Of a stretch of 64,000 nt of DNA, positions 38,470 through 48,512 are shown in pieces. The notes under the pieces were generated by a model, which was not told where the DNA came from, did not search any database, and worked only from the letters and a program-made list of their open reading frames with translations. Each line of letters begins with the position of its first letter. The stretch's first letter is position 1. Source of the DNA: Candidatus Spongiisociaceae bacterium. GTDB taxonomy: Bacteria > Actinomycetota > Acidimicrobiia > Spongiisociales > Spongiisociaceae. The stretch is from the NCBI GenBank assembly GCA_965262915.1, contig OZ253564.1, positions 3,648,001 through 3,712,000 on the forward strand, written 5' to 3'. The position numbers and the translations under genes were made by a program.

Positions 38470-39614
38470 GGGCTGATCCTGACCAACGTGTCCACGGCGT
38501 CTCCAAGGCTCGCTCCGGGCGGAAGGTAGCGCAGACCGGCGCGGCCTGCCGCCAACCGCCGGGCCCGGTCGGCGTTGAGGCCCTCGAGCCGGATCACGAC
38601 CGGGATCGAGCCGTGCCCGTACCCCCATCTGTCCAACCCGGCCAGGAGCCTCTCGACGATGAGGTCGCACGGGGCCAACTGCAGGATGTTGAAGCTGACC
38701 AGCAGGCGCGAGAGGTTCGGATGGCCGAGGATGGCCTCGATGAGCACGTCCAGCTTCTCCGCCGAGACTCCCGCCCCCAGGTCACTGTGGTTGGCCGGTC
38801 GAACACCCGCTTCGACAAGCAGATCGTGCTGGTAGAGACCGGCGCCGCCCCCGCCCACCAGCAGCCCCGTGTCCCCATCGAGTTCCACGTAACGCACCGA
38901 AGCGCCGGGAAGCCGGCGGTCGGCTTGCGCCACCAAGGCCTCGCGTTCGCTGAGACCATCGGGGCGCCACTGGAGTTCCGGGTGTCTGAAGAGGGCGTTG
39001 CCGTCCACTTCGATCAGCCCTCCGACTGCGGTGAACGTCCCGTCGGCCGACATCGTCAGCGGGTTCAGCTCCACCAGCAGAGCATCGTCGAAGAAGACCC
39101 CCGCAGCGGCCACAGTCAGGTCGACCAGAGCGGAGGGAACCTGGTAGTCGCCGAGTGCCCGTCGCCAGAGATGTTCCGCCCTATCCCGGGTCAGGCTTGC
39201 GAGCCCTTCGATACCGAGATGGACCAACGCATCCCGGGAGTCTTCGATGTCCACACCTCCGTCGGCGGAGGCGGTGACTCGGGGACCGTGGGGGCCCCAC
39301 GAGAAGCCGAGATAGAGTTCTCGGGCAATCGCAAGGGCCTCCTCCACGTACACCGACCGGCAGCGGTAGCCCAGGATCCGGGTGTCGAGCAACTCATGCG
39401 CCGCTTGCGCTACTCCGGCCACCCCGATAGGACCTATCAAACCGTTGTTCTTCGACCGCCGGTTCGCCGGAACCAGGGCCTTGACGAACACCTCACCACC
39501 CAATGCCAGGGCGGCAGTCTCGGCGCCATCCGGTGTCTCGGCCACGGTTCCGCGAGGGACTCTCACCCCGGCACCGGCCAGGCGAGCCTTGGATTCGTGT
39601 TCCAGCAATCTCAT
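38466..39614 (-). CDS. Succinyl-CoA synthetase beta-like ATP-grasp subunit
   Basis: MRLLEHESK, VYVEE, ELYL, ELNPL, YVELDG, GGGGAG, PAN. Confidence 0.88.
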   Translation of the reverse strand: MRLLEHESKARLAGAGVRVPRGTVAETPDGAETAALALGGEVFVKALVPANRRSKNNGLIGPIGVAGVAQAAHELLDTRILGYRCRSVYVEEALAIARELYLGFSWGPHGPRVTASADGGVDIEDSRDALVHLGIEGLASLTRDRAEHLWRRALGDYQVPSALVDLTVAAAGVFFDDALLVELNPLTMSADGTFTAVGGLIEVDGNALFRHPELQWRPDGLSEREALVAQADRRLPGASVRYVELDGDTGLLVGGGGAGLYQHDLLVEAGVRPANHSDLGAGVSAEKLDVLIEAILGHPNLSRLLVSFNILQLAPCDLIVERLLAGLDRWGYGHGSIPVVIRLEGLNADRARRLAAGRAGLRYLPPGASLGDAVDTLVRISP

Positions 39615-40048
39615 CCCGGTACGGGCTCCGTCTCGGAGTGGTCTGCGTGAGGTTCGACCAGGCCCGTCAGGACTCCGTCGTTCGTAGCGGGATGGATGAA
39701 CACCCGGCTACCTCCGACATCCTCCATCGGGGTGCGAGAGACCAGGGCACAGCCCGCGGCCTCTGCGGCAGAGGTCGCCTCGGCCAGGGAACCGACCCGC
39801 AGGCAGAGGTGATGGAGGCCCTCGCCGCGCCGTGCCAGGAATCGGTCCAGGTCCGAGCCGTCCCTCGTCGACTCGAGGATCTCCACGTAGGCCGCACCGG
39901 AGCGCAGCAGATGGCTCCTGATCCCCCCCGGCAGGTCCTCGGTGCGAACCTCGACGAATCCCATCGTCGTGTAGCGGTCTTTCGCCGCCGTCGCGTCCCT
40001 GACCGCGATACCGACATGCTCGATGGCGACCACCGGCGATTCACCCAT
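39611..40048 (-). CDS. VOC-family protein, methylmalonyl-CoA epimerase-like
   Basis: IEHVGIAV, GEGLHHLC, FIHPA. Confidence 0.85.
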   Translation of the reverse strand: MGESPVVAIEHVGIAVRDATAAKDRYTTMGFVEVRTEDLPGGIRSHLLRSGAAYVEILESTRDGSDLDRFLARRGEGLHHLCLRVGSLAEATSAAEAAGCALVSRTPMEDVGGSRVFIHPATNDGVLTGLVEPHADHSETEPVPG

Positions 40049-41624
40049 TCGGGCGCTCCTGTTCGAAAACGGCGCGGTCGGTTGCGAGCTGCCGGAGGTC
40101 CGCCCTTCGTACCTTGCCGGTGACACCGCGTGGTATCGCCTCCACCACCACTACGGCCTCCGGACAGTGGATCGGCGGGATTCCGGCACGCTGGAGGAAC
40201 CCGGCCAGGTCTGCGGCGCGAGGTACGAAACCGGGCCGGGCTTGGACACATGCAACGGGCCGTTCCCCCAGACGGCGGTCGGATACGCCAACCACCACGG
40301 CGGCCTCCAACAGTTCATGGCGAGCCAGCGCCCGCTCCACTCTCTCGGCGGGTATGTTCTCCCCGCCCCGGATCACCATGTTATTGACCCTTCCGGTGAT
40401 CACCAGGTAACCGTCGCGGTCTGCGTAGCCGAGATCCCCGGTCCGGAAGAACCCCTCCTCGTCGATGGCTTCCCCAGGACTACCACCGTGGTAGCCGACC
40501 ATCAGGAACGGCCCCCGGAAGGCGATCTGACCTTCCTGTTCCCGGCCCAGCCGCTCCCCGTCGGGACCGAGTACCCGCATCTCGATCTCGGGATGAGGGT
40601 GACCTTCGGTTGTGAGGAGCTTGCCCGCGGGCGAGTCGGCCCGGGTGGAGCAGACGTGCCCGACCTCGGTCATCCCGAACGCCTTAGACATCCGGCCCGG
40701 CAGGTTGTTAAGCGCCTCCTGCGCCACGTCGGAGGCAAGTTTGGAGCCCGCGCAGGTGAACACTCGGAGCGAATCGAGACGTCCGCGCCAGGTCGAGCGG
40801 CAAGCCAGCAGATCCACCAGGAAGGCCGGGGGACCCGAGCTCACCGTGACCCCGTACCGCGCACACGCCTCCAGCATCAGGTCCGGCTTCCAGCGCGCCT
40901 GGAGCACCACATGGGCTCCGGCATGCAGGCCTAGCCGGACCCCGTAGAAATACCCGAAGTTGTGTCCGACGGGGAGGGCGACGTGCACGACGTCGGAAGC
41001 GTCTATCCCCTGTCTGGAAAGGGTGGAGAGAATACCGGCGCTGGCGGTGGCGTGCGTGTGGAGCACCCCTTTGGGAAGGCCCGTCGTCCCCGACGTGAAG
41101 GCCAGCTCGGCCAGGTCGTGCGGGCCGGGCGGGTCGGGCAGCCCTCCTGGCGGCCCGCCCCCGCCGAGCAGTTCGTCGAGCACCGGCCCCACCCCTCCGG
41201 GGGAGACAGACACGACAGGGGTGCTGCCTATGCCCTCGAGGGTGTCCGGGTCGTTGGCGGTCACCACCAGAGCCGGCCGGGCGAGCCCGGCTATCTCGGC
41301 GAATGCCTTGCCCTTGATCGCCGGGAGAACGGGTGACACCACCGCCCCGAGACGCTCGGCGGCGAGGAAAGCGGGAACGAACCGGCGCACTCCGTGCATC
41401 TGGACGATCACCACGTCGCCATGGCCGACACCCATCCGCCGGTACCGACCGGACAGACGGAGCGTGGCGTCGACCAGACGGCGATAGGTGTACCGGCCGT
41501 ATCCATCGGACACCGCGCTCGCATCGGACCGTTCCACGGCGTGGCGGGCCACATCGTCCCACAACGTTCGTTCGGGCCAGCGGAAGCCGGCCGGAACACG
41601 GTGCTGCCGTCGGAAGGATCTCAC
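40041..41624 (-). CDS. Acyl-CoA ligase (ANL, cyclohexanecarboxylate-CoA-ligase-like)
   Basis: FTSGTTGLPKG, FGMTE, TGDLG, RGGENI, TGKV. Confidence 0.93.
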   Translation of the reverse strand: MRSFRRQHRVPAGFRWPERTLWDDVARHAVERSDASAVSDGYGRYTYRRLVDATLRLSGRYRRMGVGHGDVVIVQMHGVRRFVPAFLAAERLGAVVSPVLPAIKGKAFAEIAGLARPALVVTANDPDTLEGIGSTPVVSVSPGGVGPVLDELLGGGGPPGGLPDPPGPHDLAELAFTSGTTGLPKGVLHTHATASAGILSTLSRQGIDASDVVHVALPVGHNFGYFYGVRLGLHAGAHVVLQARWKPDLMLEACARYGVTVSSGPPAFLVDLLACRSTWRGRLDSLRVFTCAGSKLASDVAQEALNNLPGRMSKAFGMTEVGHVCSTRADSPAGKLLTTEGHPHPEIEMRVLGPDGERLGREQEGQIAFRGPFLMVGYHGGSPGEAIDEEGFFRTGDLGYADRDGYLVITGRVNNMVIRGGENIPAERVERALARHELLEAAVVVGVSDRRLGERPVACVQARPGFVPRAADLAGFLQRAGIPPIHCPEAVVVVEAIPRGVTGKVRRADLRQLATDRAVFEQERPNG

Positions 41625-42481
41625 CTGTAGACGCTACGGATTGGCTCGACTCGATGCCCACCGTCCCCGGAGGGCACGATCACCCGATCGTCGTGGCCCG
41701 GCAGTACCGTCATACCGTAACGCTCCACCAGCCGGCGGACCTTCACCGCCGATCTGGCCCACTCCTCGGGGAACTGGTTGAGGATGCTGGGCACGAACCG
41801 TTTGCCGTAGGTGTCGGCCAGGTAGATGGCGTCCGACGCGATCAGAATCCAGCCGTCCCGCTCCAGCCGAACGGCGACCCCGATAGTCCCCCAGGTGTGC
41901 CCGGGCAGGGTCACGATCCACACCCCCCGCAACAGTTCGAAGTCGGCGAAGACCTCGATGGCCCGGTCGGGAAGCAGCGAGGCGAAGTCGGCCCGAGTGA
42001 AGCCCTGAGGGCTGGTGACTCCCCACAGGGTCACCAGATCGTCCCGGATCAGACCTCCCTTCTGGGTGACGGCCCCTCTCAGCTCGTCCTGACCCACGTA
42101 GATCCGGGCGTCGGTCGGGGCGAACATTCGGACGTTGCCGGCATGGTCGGTGTGCAGGTGGGTGATGACGACATGATCGAAATCGTCCGGGGACAGGCCG
42201 AGAGAGGCGATCCGTTCCGGAAACAGGCCACCGGCTCCCGGATCGTAGGACATTGCGCCTTGGTAGAACTCGTTCTTCCACTCGGAGCGGAAGCGCACCG
42301 ACACGCCGGTGTCGACGAGCACCCGCCCGTCAGGATGCTCGATGACGTACACGTAGATGGGATGCCGCAGCAGCTCCTTGCGACCGGGGCTCTCCGCGGT
42401 CGCCAGGCGGTCGGGCGCTCCGGTGAGGGCGAGTTCGAAATCAAGGGAGGTTCGGCCGCATTCGATCACCTTCAACTCCAT
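41621..42481 (-). CDS. Metallo-beta-lactamase-fold lactonase (AHL-lactonase family)
   Basis: LVDTG, THLHTDHAG, PGHT, SDAIY, PGHD; ATG at 42481 with GAGGAGG RBS. Confidence 0.9.
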   Translation of the reverse strand: MELKVIECGRTSLDFELALTGAPDRLATAESPGRKELLRHPIYVYVIEHPDGRVLVDTGVSVRFRSEWKNEFYQGAMSYDPGAGGLFPERIASLGLSPDDFDHVVITHLHTDHAGNVRMFAPTDARIYVGQDELRGAVTQKGGLIRDDLVTLWGVTSPQGFTRADFASLLPDRAIEVFADFELLRGVWIVTLPGHTWGTIGVAVRLERDGWILIASDAIYLADTYGKRFVPSILNQFPEEWARSAVKVRRLVERYGMTVLPGHDDRVIVPSGDGGHRVEPIRSVYR

Positions 42482-42547
42482 GTACCCCTCCTCGCAGCGC
42501 GCCGGTAACTCCCGCATTATGGTCAGGTGGGGGAAAGGAGGATCACC

Positions 42548-44122
42548 ATGAGCCGAACTCTGGTCCTGGGTGATCCCCTCGTCGTGCTCGGAGACGCTTC
42601 CCCCGGGTATATCCGGGACGGTGCGCTCGTCATCGAGGGACGGAGAATCGTCCGGGTGGGCAGAAGGCAGGAACTTGAACGCCTCGGCCCTTTCGATCGG
42701 CGGATCGGCTCGCCCGGCCACGCGGTCCTGCCGGGCTTCATCAATGGTCATTACCACTCCGGATCGGTTCTGAGCCGCGGCATGCCCCAGTACATATTCG
42801 AGCGGGCCAACGTCCATGTACACGCCATGTGGAACCCCGTAACGGAGGAGGATCTCTACCACGCGGTGCTGGCCAACGTCATGAACGATGTGAAGGGAGG
42901 CCAGACGGGATTCGTCGACCTCAACTACGGGCGGTCGGGACTACCCAACTTCGGGTATGACGCCATCCTCCAGGCGTACCAGGACCTCGGCGTTCGGGTA
43001 GCGCTCGGCGTGGTGACCCGGGACCGCAACACCCTCGTCCACGCCGACGACGAAGCCTTCCTCGCCATGCTCCCGAGCGATCTGGCCGAACGGGTTCGGG
43101 CTTCGACTATGGGCTATGCCTGGCCGGTCGAAGAGGTGTTCGCCCTCTACCGGGATCTGGTCACCCGGTGGGATAAGCGGGACGGCCGCATCCGGGTACT
43201 GCTCGCCCCCGACTGGACTCCCGCCTGCTCCGACGAACTGTACGTCCGGAATCGGCAGATAGCCGACGAGTTCGGAACCGGGATCATGACCCACGTACTC
43301 GAGACCCGTTCCGAGATGATGTACGCGCTGGACAGTGATGGCAAGACCGCCATGCGCCGCTTGGCCGATCTCGAGGTGCTGGGACCAGACGTCTCCTGTT
43401 CACATTTCGTCTGGGCAACCGACGAGGACATCTCGATTCTCGCCGATACAGGGGCGGTCGCGGTCAACAATCCCGGTTCCAACCTCCGGCTGAGCACCGG
43501 GATCGCCCGGGTCAGGGACATCATGGACCGAGGCGGGCGGGTGTGTTTCGGCACCGACAACATCTCGTTCTCGGACTCCGGCGACTTCTTCCAGGAACTC
43601 CGTCTCGCGGCGTACCTGCAGAGGACACCCGTGCTGCTGGAGGTCGGACGCATGGACTCGGAAACCCTCCTGAGAGCCGCTGCACAAAACGGCGCCCGAG
43701 CGATACGGTTCGAATCCGAACTGGGCTCCCTCGGAGTGGGCAAGGAGGCCGACCTGGTCGTGTTGAGCCGCGACCGTCTGTTCTGGCCGGAAGAGCGCTA
43801 CGCCACCACGCCTCCGCTCGACGTGATCCTGGATCGTGCCTGTTCCGGCGACGTGGCGGCGGTCATGGTGGCCGGGGAGTTGGTACTCGCCGACGGGGAG
43901 TTCACCAAGATTTCCGAGACCCGGGTGCGGGAGCACCTCGCCGATGCGGCACTGCGTCTCATGGGCGATGACCCCGATCCCGAATCGGTACGTCTCGGCT
44001 GGGAGGTCGACCCCTACGTCCTCGACTTCTACCGCTCGTGGGCACGGACGCCGGTCGAACCCGCCGCGGTGTACAACATCAAGCACCCGCCTCCGGTCGG
44101 GGCGCCTATGAGAGAGGAGTGA
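42548..44122 (+). CDS. Amidohydrolase/deaminase family protein
   Basis: PGFINGHYH, THVLET, SHFVW, SNLRL, GTD; paralogue of 51194-52792. Confidence 0.9.
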   Translation: MSRTLVLGDPLVVLGDASPGYIRDGALVIEGRRIVRVGRRQELERLGPFDRRIGSPGHAVLPGFINGHYHSGSVLSRGMPQYIFERANVHVHAMWNPVTEEDLYHAVLANVMNDVKGGQTGFVDLNYGRSGLPNFGYDAILQAYQDLGVRVALGVVTRDRNTLVHADDEAFLAMLPSDLAERVRASTMGYAWPVEEVFALYRDLVTRWDKRDGRIRVLLAPDWTPACSDELYVRNRQIADEFGTGIMTHVLETRSEMMYALDSDGKTAMRRLADLEVLGPDVSCSHFVWATDEDISILADTGAVAVNNPGSNLRLSTGIARVRDIMDRGGRVCFGTDNISFSDSGDFFQELRLAAYLQRTPVLLEVGRMDSETLLRAAAQNGARAIRFESELGSLGVGKEADLVVLSRDRLFWPEERYATTPPLDVILDRACSGDVAAVMVAGELVLADGEFTKISETRVREHLADAALRLMGDDPDPESVRLGWEVDPYVLDFYRSWARTPVEPAAVYNIKHPPPVGAPMREE

Positions 44123-45093
44123 CCGTGGCCTTGGTTGTGGATTGCCATATGCACATCATGGAACCGGACTGGAACCCGATGAACGTCTCCTCGGGCATGG
44201 CCGAGTCCTGGGCACGGCAGGTGCGGTGGTACGAGCCCCCCGAGTCTGACCCCGAGTACTTCGCGGAGGCGTGGAGGGTGTCCAGCGACGGCAATGGCGA
44301 TAAGGCGGTGGCGCGTATGGACGAGGCCGGGGTGGACGCGTCGGTGATGATGCCCATGGACCACGGTGTCGGCCTCGGCGAGGAAGGCGTCATACCCATC
44401 GAGGAAAAGAACCGTCTCTGCGCCGAAGCCACCAAACGCCACCCCGGACGCCTCTACACCTTCTGCGGAGTCGACCCCCGACGTCCCAACGCCCTCGAAA
44501 TCCTGCGCACCGCAGTAGAGGAATGGGGCGCCATCGGCCTCAAGCTCTACCCCACCAACGGCTTCTACCCCGACGACGAAAACCTCGTCTACCCCCTCTA
44601 CCGGTACCTAGCCGAACGCGACCTACCCGTACTCCTCCACCAGGGACACTCCGCAGGACGCCACAAATCCAAGTTCGGACACCCCATCTACGTAGACTCC
44701 GCCGCCGCTGATTTCCCCGAACTCCGCTTCATCCTGGGACACTCCGCCCGCTACGAAACCTGGGCACACGAAGCCATCTCCGTTGCCATCTACAAAACCA
44801 ACATCCACCTCGACATGAGCCTGTGGCAACACTGGATCTCCCCCGACGAACTAGTACGCAAAATCGTGTGGATACGAGACCGCATCGGAGCCGACCGGAT
44901 CCTCTTCGGATCCGACATGGCCGGAATCGAAGTATCCCTAACCCTCAAACAATGGGTAGACCAATTCCGAACGCTCCCAGAATGGGCCAAACAACTCGGC
45001 TACCGCATCCCACAACACCAAATCGACCAAATACTCGGACAAAACACCCGCCGCATCTACCGACTAGACCACCACAACCCAAAAACCGCATAA
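44119..45093 (+). CDS. Amidohydrolase_2 family protein (copy A)
   Basis: DCHMH, GLKLYP, LHQG, LGH, LFGSD. Confidence 0.9.
   Translation: MTVALVVDCHMHIMEPDWNPMNVSSGMAESWARQVRWYEPPESDPEYFAEAWRVSSDGNGDKAVARMDEAGVDASVMMPMDHGVGLGEEGVIPIEEKNRLCAEATKRHPGRLYTFCGVDPRRPNALEILRTAVEEWGAIGLKLYPTNGFYPDDENLVYPLYRYLAERDLPVLLHQGHSAGRHKSKFGHPIYVDSAAADFPELRFILGHSARYETWAHEAISVAIYKTNIHLDMSLWQHWISPDELVRKIVWIRDRIGADRILFGSDMAGIEVSLTLKQWVDQFRTLPEWAKQLGYRIPQHQIDQILGQNTRRIYRLDHHNPKTA
44209..45077 (+). repeat. 869-bp direct repeat, apparently identical to 47515-48383
   Basis: Constant offset of 3306; alternative-frame ORF translations are identical in both copies. Confidence 0.9.
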
Positions 45094-45161
45094 ACACCCG
45101 GTGAAGCCGCGGACAGAAGTAGAAGCGCTCACGAGTCCGGTCAGTCAGGGAGTCCGAGCGA

Positions 45162-46592
45162 TCAACCGGCCCCGGGCCGGCGGTCCCACCAGGGGGCGGC
45201 CTCCTCCAGTTGGGCGGAGAGGCGGAACAGGAGTGCCTCGTTGCCGAAGGAGGCGCCGATCTGGACTCCTACCGGAAGGCCGTCCGGGGTCATGTGCATC
45301 GGGAGGCTGGCGGCGGGACATCCACTGAGGTTAAAGAGGGGGGTGAAAGCGAGATGTCCCCACATCCGCTCTATGTACGCCTCCAAGTCTTCGCCCATCA
45401 TGTCGAGGGCGCCTAGTGGAAGCGGGGGATCGGCCAGGGTCGGGCTCAGGATGATGTCGTAGCCATCGAAAAAACCGGCGAGGCGGCGTCCGGTGCGGTG
45501 GATCATGAGCAACGTGTTCACATAGTCCCGTGCCGACAACCGTCTACCTTCCTCCGCAACCATCCGGGTGATGTTCTCGAGATCGTCCGGCTGCAGTTGC
45601 CTACCCAATGCCGCCAGCCGCAGATCCACATGGTTGGCGGTGTGGGCTGCCATCACGGTCCGCATCGCCGTGCGGCACTCGGATCCGGCGACGGGCGGAA
45701 CCGCCGGGGTGACCATGTGCCCCAGATCGGTCAGCAGCCCGGCAACCCGCTCGGCGGCCCGCACGCATTCCGGGTCGATAGGTTCACCGTAGAGACCTTC
45801 CGTCCATAGCGCGACGCGTAGCTTTCCCGGATTCCTGCCCACTTCGGCCAGGAAACTCCCGTGGGGTACCGGCGCGGCGTAGGGATCCCCCGGCTCCGGC
45901 CCGTGGGTCACATCAAGCAGGACGGCACTGTCCCGGACCGTTCGGGAGACGACGTGGTACTTGGATAGGCCGCTCCATCCCTCCCCCGCGTCCGGCCCTG
46001 CCGGGGTCCTGGCCCGGGTGGGTTTCAGACCGTACAGGCCACACTTGGACGCCGGGCTGCGGATGGACCCGCCCCCGTCCGACCCCTGGGCGACCGGGAT
46101 CATTCCAACCGCCACGGCTGCCGCCGCTCCGCCGCTCGACCCTCCGGCGCTGCGGGAGACATCCCACGGATTGAGGGTCGGTCCGTGCAGAACCGGCTCG
46201 GTGGTCCCGCTGATCCCGAGTTCAGGGGTATTGGTCTTGGCGAGTATCACCAGCCCCGCCTGGCGATAACGCGCGGTGATGCTGCTGTCATGGTCTGCGA
46301 CGTTTCCCTGATAGAGCCGAGAACCGTTGGTGGTCGGCTCGCCGTCGCAGAGACCGTGCAGGTCTTTGAGCATGAAGGGAACTCCGGAGACGGGGCCGTC
46401 GGGAATCCCTCGGGAGATAGCTTCTCTGGCGGCATCCTCCATGAGGTGTATGACCGCGTTGATCTCAGGATTCCTCGCTGCTACCCGGTCCAGCGCCGCG
46501 TCGAGCAACTCCTCCGGGGTTGTCTGGCGGTCACGGATTAGGCCGGTGAGACCGAGAGCGTCATAGTCTTCGTACTCGTCGAACACGGCCAT
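45162..46592 (-). CDS. Amidase-signature enzyme (6-aminohexanoate-cyclic-dimer-hydrolase-like)
   Basis: [28 protein letters not shown]. Confidence 0.93.
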   Translation of the reverse strand: MAVFDEYEDYDALGLTGLIRDRQTTPEELLDAALDRVAARNPEINAVIHLMEDAAREAISRGIPDGPVSGVPFMLKDLHGLCDGEPTTNGSRLYQGNVADHDSSITARYRQAGLVILAKTNTPELGISGTTEPVLHGPTLNPWDVSRSAGGSSGGAAAAVAVGMIPVAQGSDGGGSIRSPASKCGLYGLKPTRARTPAGPDAGEGWSGLSKYHVVSRTVRDSAVLLDVTHGPEPGDPYAAPVPHGSFLAEVGRNPGKLRVALWTEGLYGEPIDPECVRAAERVAGLLTDLGHMVTPAVPPVAGSECRTAMRTVMAAHTANHVDLRLAALGRQLQPDDLENITRMVAEEGRRLSARDYVNTLLMIHRTGRRLAGFFDGYDIILSPTLADPPLPLGALDMMGEDLEAYIERMWGHLAFTPLFNLSGCPAASLPMHMTPDGLPVGVQIGASFGNEALLFRLSAQLEEAAPWWDRRPGAG

Positions 46593-46651
46593 TAGGGTTT
46601 CCCTGCTGGTTAAGATCCGGTCCCAGCTTACCGGGGGTAGGGAGGGCGCTC

Positions 46652-47428
46652 TTGGCGGATTCCGGACAGTTCGAGATCCTGCAACCCGATCTCCGGGACA
46701 GCACATCACTGGTAGCCGGCGCCAGCCGTGGAATCGGTCGATCCGTCGCCCTAGGTCTCGCCTCGGCGGGTGCTTCGGTGATAGGGCTCGCTCGGTCGGT
46801 CGACGCCCTCGAACATCTCGGAGAGGAGATACGCGCTTCCGGTGGCGAGTTCCTTCCTCTCGTCGCAGACATCGCCGATCTCGACACCACAGAGAAGACC
46901 GTCGAGACGGCTTGGCGGTGGAAGGGAAGCCTGGACAGCCTGATCAACGCCGCCGGGCAGACGAACCGCTCTTCCGCCTTGGACATCAGCCCCGAGGAAT
47001 GGGACAACCTGTTCGACGTGAACCTGCGAGGCGCGTTCTTCCTTACCAGGGAGGTGGGCCGTCGCATGCTCGACGGTGAAGGTGGCTCGATCGTCAGCAT
47101 CGCCTCCCTATCGGGTGTGGTCAGCGACGGCGCCCAGGTCGCCTACAGCGCCAGCAAGGCGGGGATGATCCACATGAGTTCGGTGCTCGCCGACCAGTGG
47201 GCGCCCAAGGTACGGTTGAACTGCGTGAGTCCCGCATGGGTGGAGACCGACATGACCCGTGACTTCCTGGCGAACCCGGACAACAGATCAGCCATCCTCC
47301 AGCAGACGCCGATGGGACGGTTGGCCCGACCGGAGGAGATGGTCGGCGCCGTACTGTTCCTCGTGTCGGACATGAGTTCCTACATGACCGGCCAGAACCT
47401 GATCCTCGACGGGGGGTGGACAGCATGA
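46652..47428 (+). CDS. SDR oxidoreductase
   Basis: GASRGIG, NAAG, YSASK. Confidence 0.93.
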   Translation: MADSGQFEILQPDLRDSTSLVAGASRGIGRSVALGLASAGASVIGLARSVDALEHLGEEIRASGGEFLPLVADIADLDTTEKTVETAWRWKGSLDSLINAAGQTNRSSALDISPEEWDNLFDVNLRGAFFLTREVGRRMLDGEGGSIVSIASLSGVVSDGAQVAYSASKAGMIHMSSVLADQWAPKVRLNCVSPAWVETDMTRDFLANPDNRSAILQQTPMGRLARPEEMVGAVLFLVSDMSSYMTGQNLILDGGWTA

Positions 47429-48393
47429 GCGCCGCCTTGGTGGTGGACTGCCACATGCACATCCGAGGCGATGACTGGAACCCGGTCAACCTGCGCTCCG
47501 GTATGGATGCATCGTGGGCACGGCAGGTGCGGTGGTACGAGCCCCCCGAGTCTGACCCCGAGTACTTCGCGGAGGCGTGGAGGGTGTCCAGCGACGGCAA
47601 TGGCGATAAGGCGGTGGCGCGTATGGACGAGGCCGGGGTGGACGCGTCGGTGATGATGCCCATGGACCACGGTGTCGGCCTCGGCGAGGAAGGCGTCATA
47701 CCCATCGAGGAAAAGAACCGTCTCTGCGCCGAAGCCACCAAACGCCACCCCGGACGCCTCTACACCTTCTGCGGAGTCGACCCCCGACGTCCCAACGCCC
47801 TCGAAATCCTGCGCACCGCAGTAGAGGAATGGGGCGCCATCGGCCTCAAGCTCTACCCCACCAACGGCTTCTACCCCGACGACGAAAACCTCGTCTACCC
47901 CCTCTACCGGTACCTAGCCGAACGCGACCTACCCGTACTCCTCCACCAGGGACACTCCGCAGGACGCCACAAATCCAAGTTCGGACACCCCATCTACGTA
48001 GACTCCGCCGCCGCTGATTTCCCCGAACTCCGCTTCATCCTGGGACACTCCGCCCGCTACGAAACCTGGGCACACGAAGCCATCTCCGTTGCCATCTACA
48101 AAACCAACATCCACCTCGACATGAGCCTGTGGCAACACTGGATCTCCCCCGACGAACTAGTACGCAAAATCGTGTGGATACGAGACCGCATCGGAGCCGA
48201 CCGGATCCTCTTCGGATCCGACATGGCCGGAATCGAAGTATCCCTAACCCTCAAACAATGGGTAGACCAATTCCGAACGCTCCCAGAATGGGCCAAACAA
48301 CTCGGCTACCGCATCCCACAACACCAAATCGACCAAATACTCGGACAAAACACCCGCCGCATCTACCGACTAGACCACCACAAGCCCGACTAA
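47425..48393 (+). CDS. Amidohydrolase_2 family protein (copy B)
   Basis: Same as copy A except for the first ~28 and last ~3 residues. Confidence 0.9.
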   Translation: MSAALVVDCHMHIRGDDWNPVNLRSGMDASWARQVRWYEPPESDPEYFAEAWRVSSDGNGDKAVARMDEAGVDASVMMPMDHGVGLGEEGVIPIEEKNRLCAEATKRHPGRLYTFCGVDPRRPNALEILRTAVEEWGAIGLKLYPTNGFYPDDENLVYPLYRYLAERDLPVLLHQGHSAGRHKSKFGHPIYVDSAAADFPELRFILGHSARYETWAHEAISVAIYKTNIHLDMSLWQHWISPDELVRKIVWIRDRIGADRILFGSDMAGIEVSLTLKQWVDQFRTLPEWAKQLGYRIPQHQIDQILGQNTRRIYRLDHHKPD

Positions 48394-48401
48394 ACCACTG
48401 G

Positions 48402-48462
48402 TGAACCGCCCCGCCGTTATCCGGAGTACACCGGAGGCTCCTGGGAAACCGGGGTGGATCCA
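48402..48462. mobile_element. IS3-family (IS6110-like) end-to-end scar
   Basis: TGAACCGCCCCG...CCGGAG followed by CCGGGGTGGATCCA; TG...CA termini; no ORF. Confidence 0.55.
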
Positions 48463-48512
48463 ATGTCGAGTTCCAGCCTTGTTACGGTGGGCGGTGGGCG
48501 GTGGGTAGGTCT

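Noticed and set aside
44209-48383. Diversity-generating retroelement template/variable repeat
   Set aside because: No reverse transcriptase and no adenine-specific mismatches
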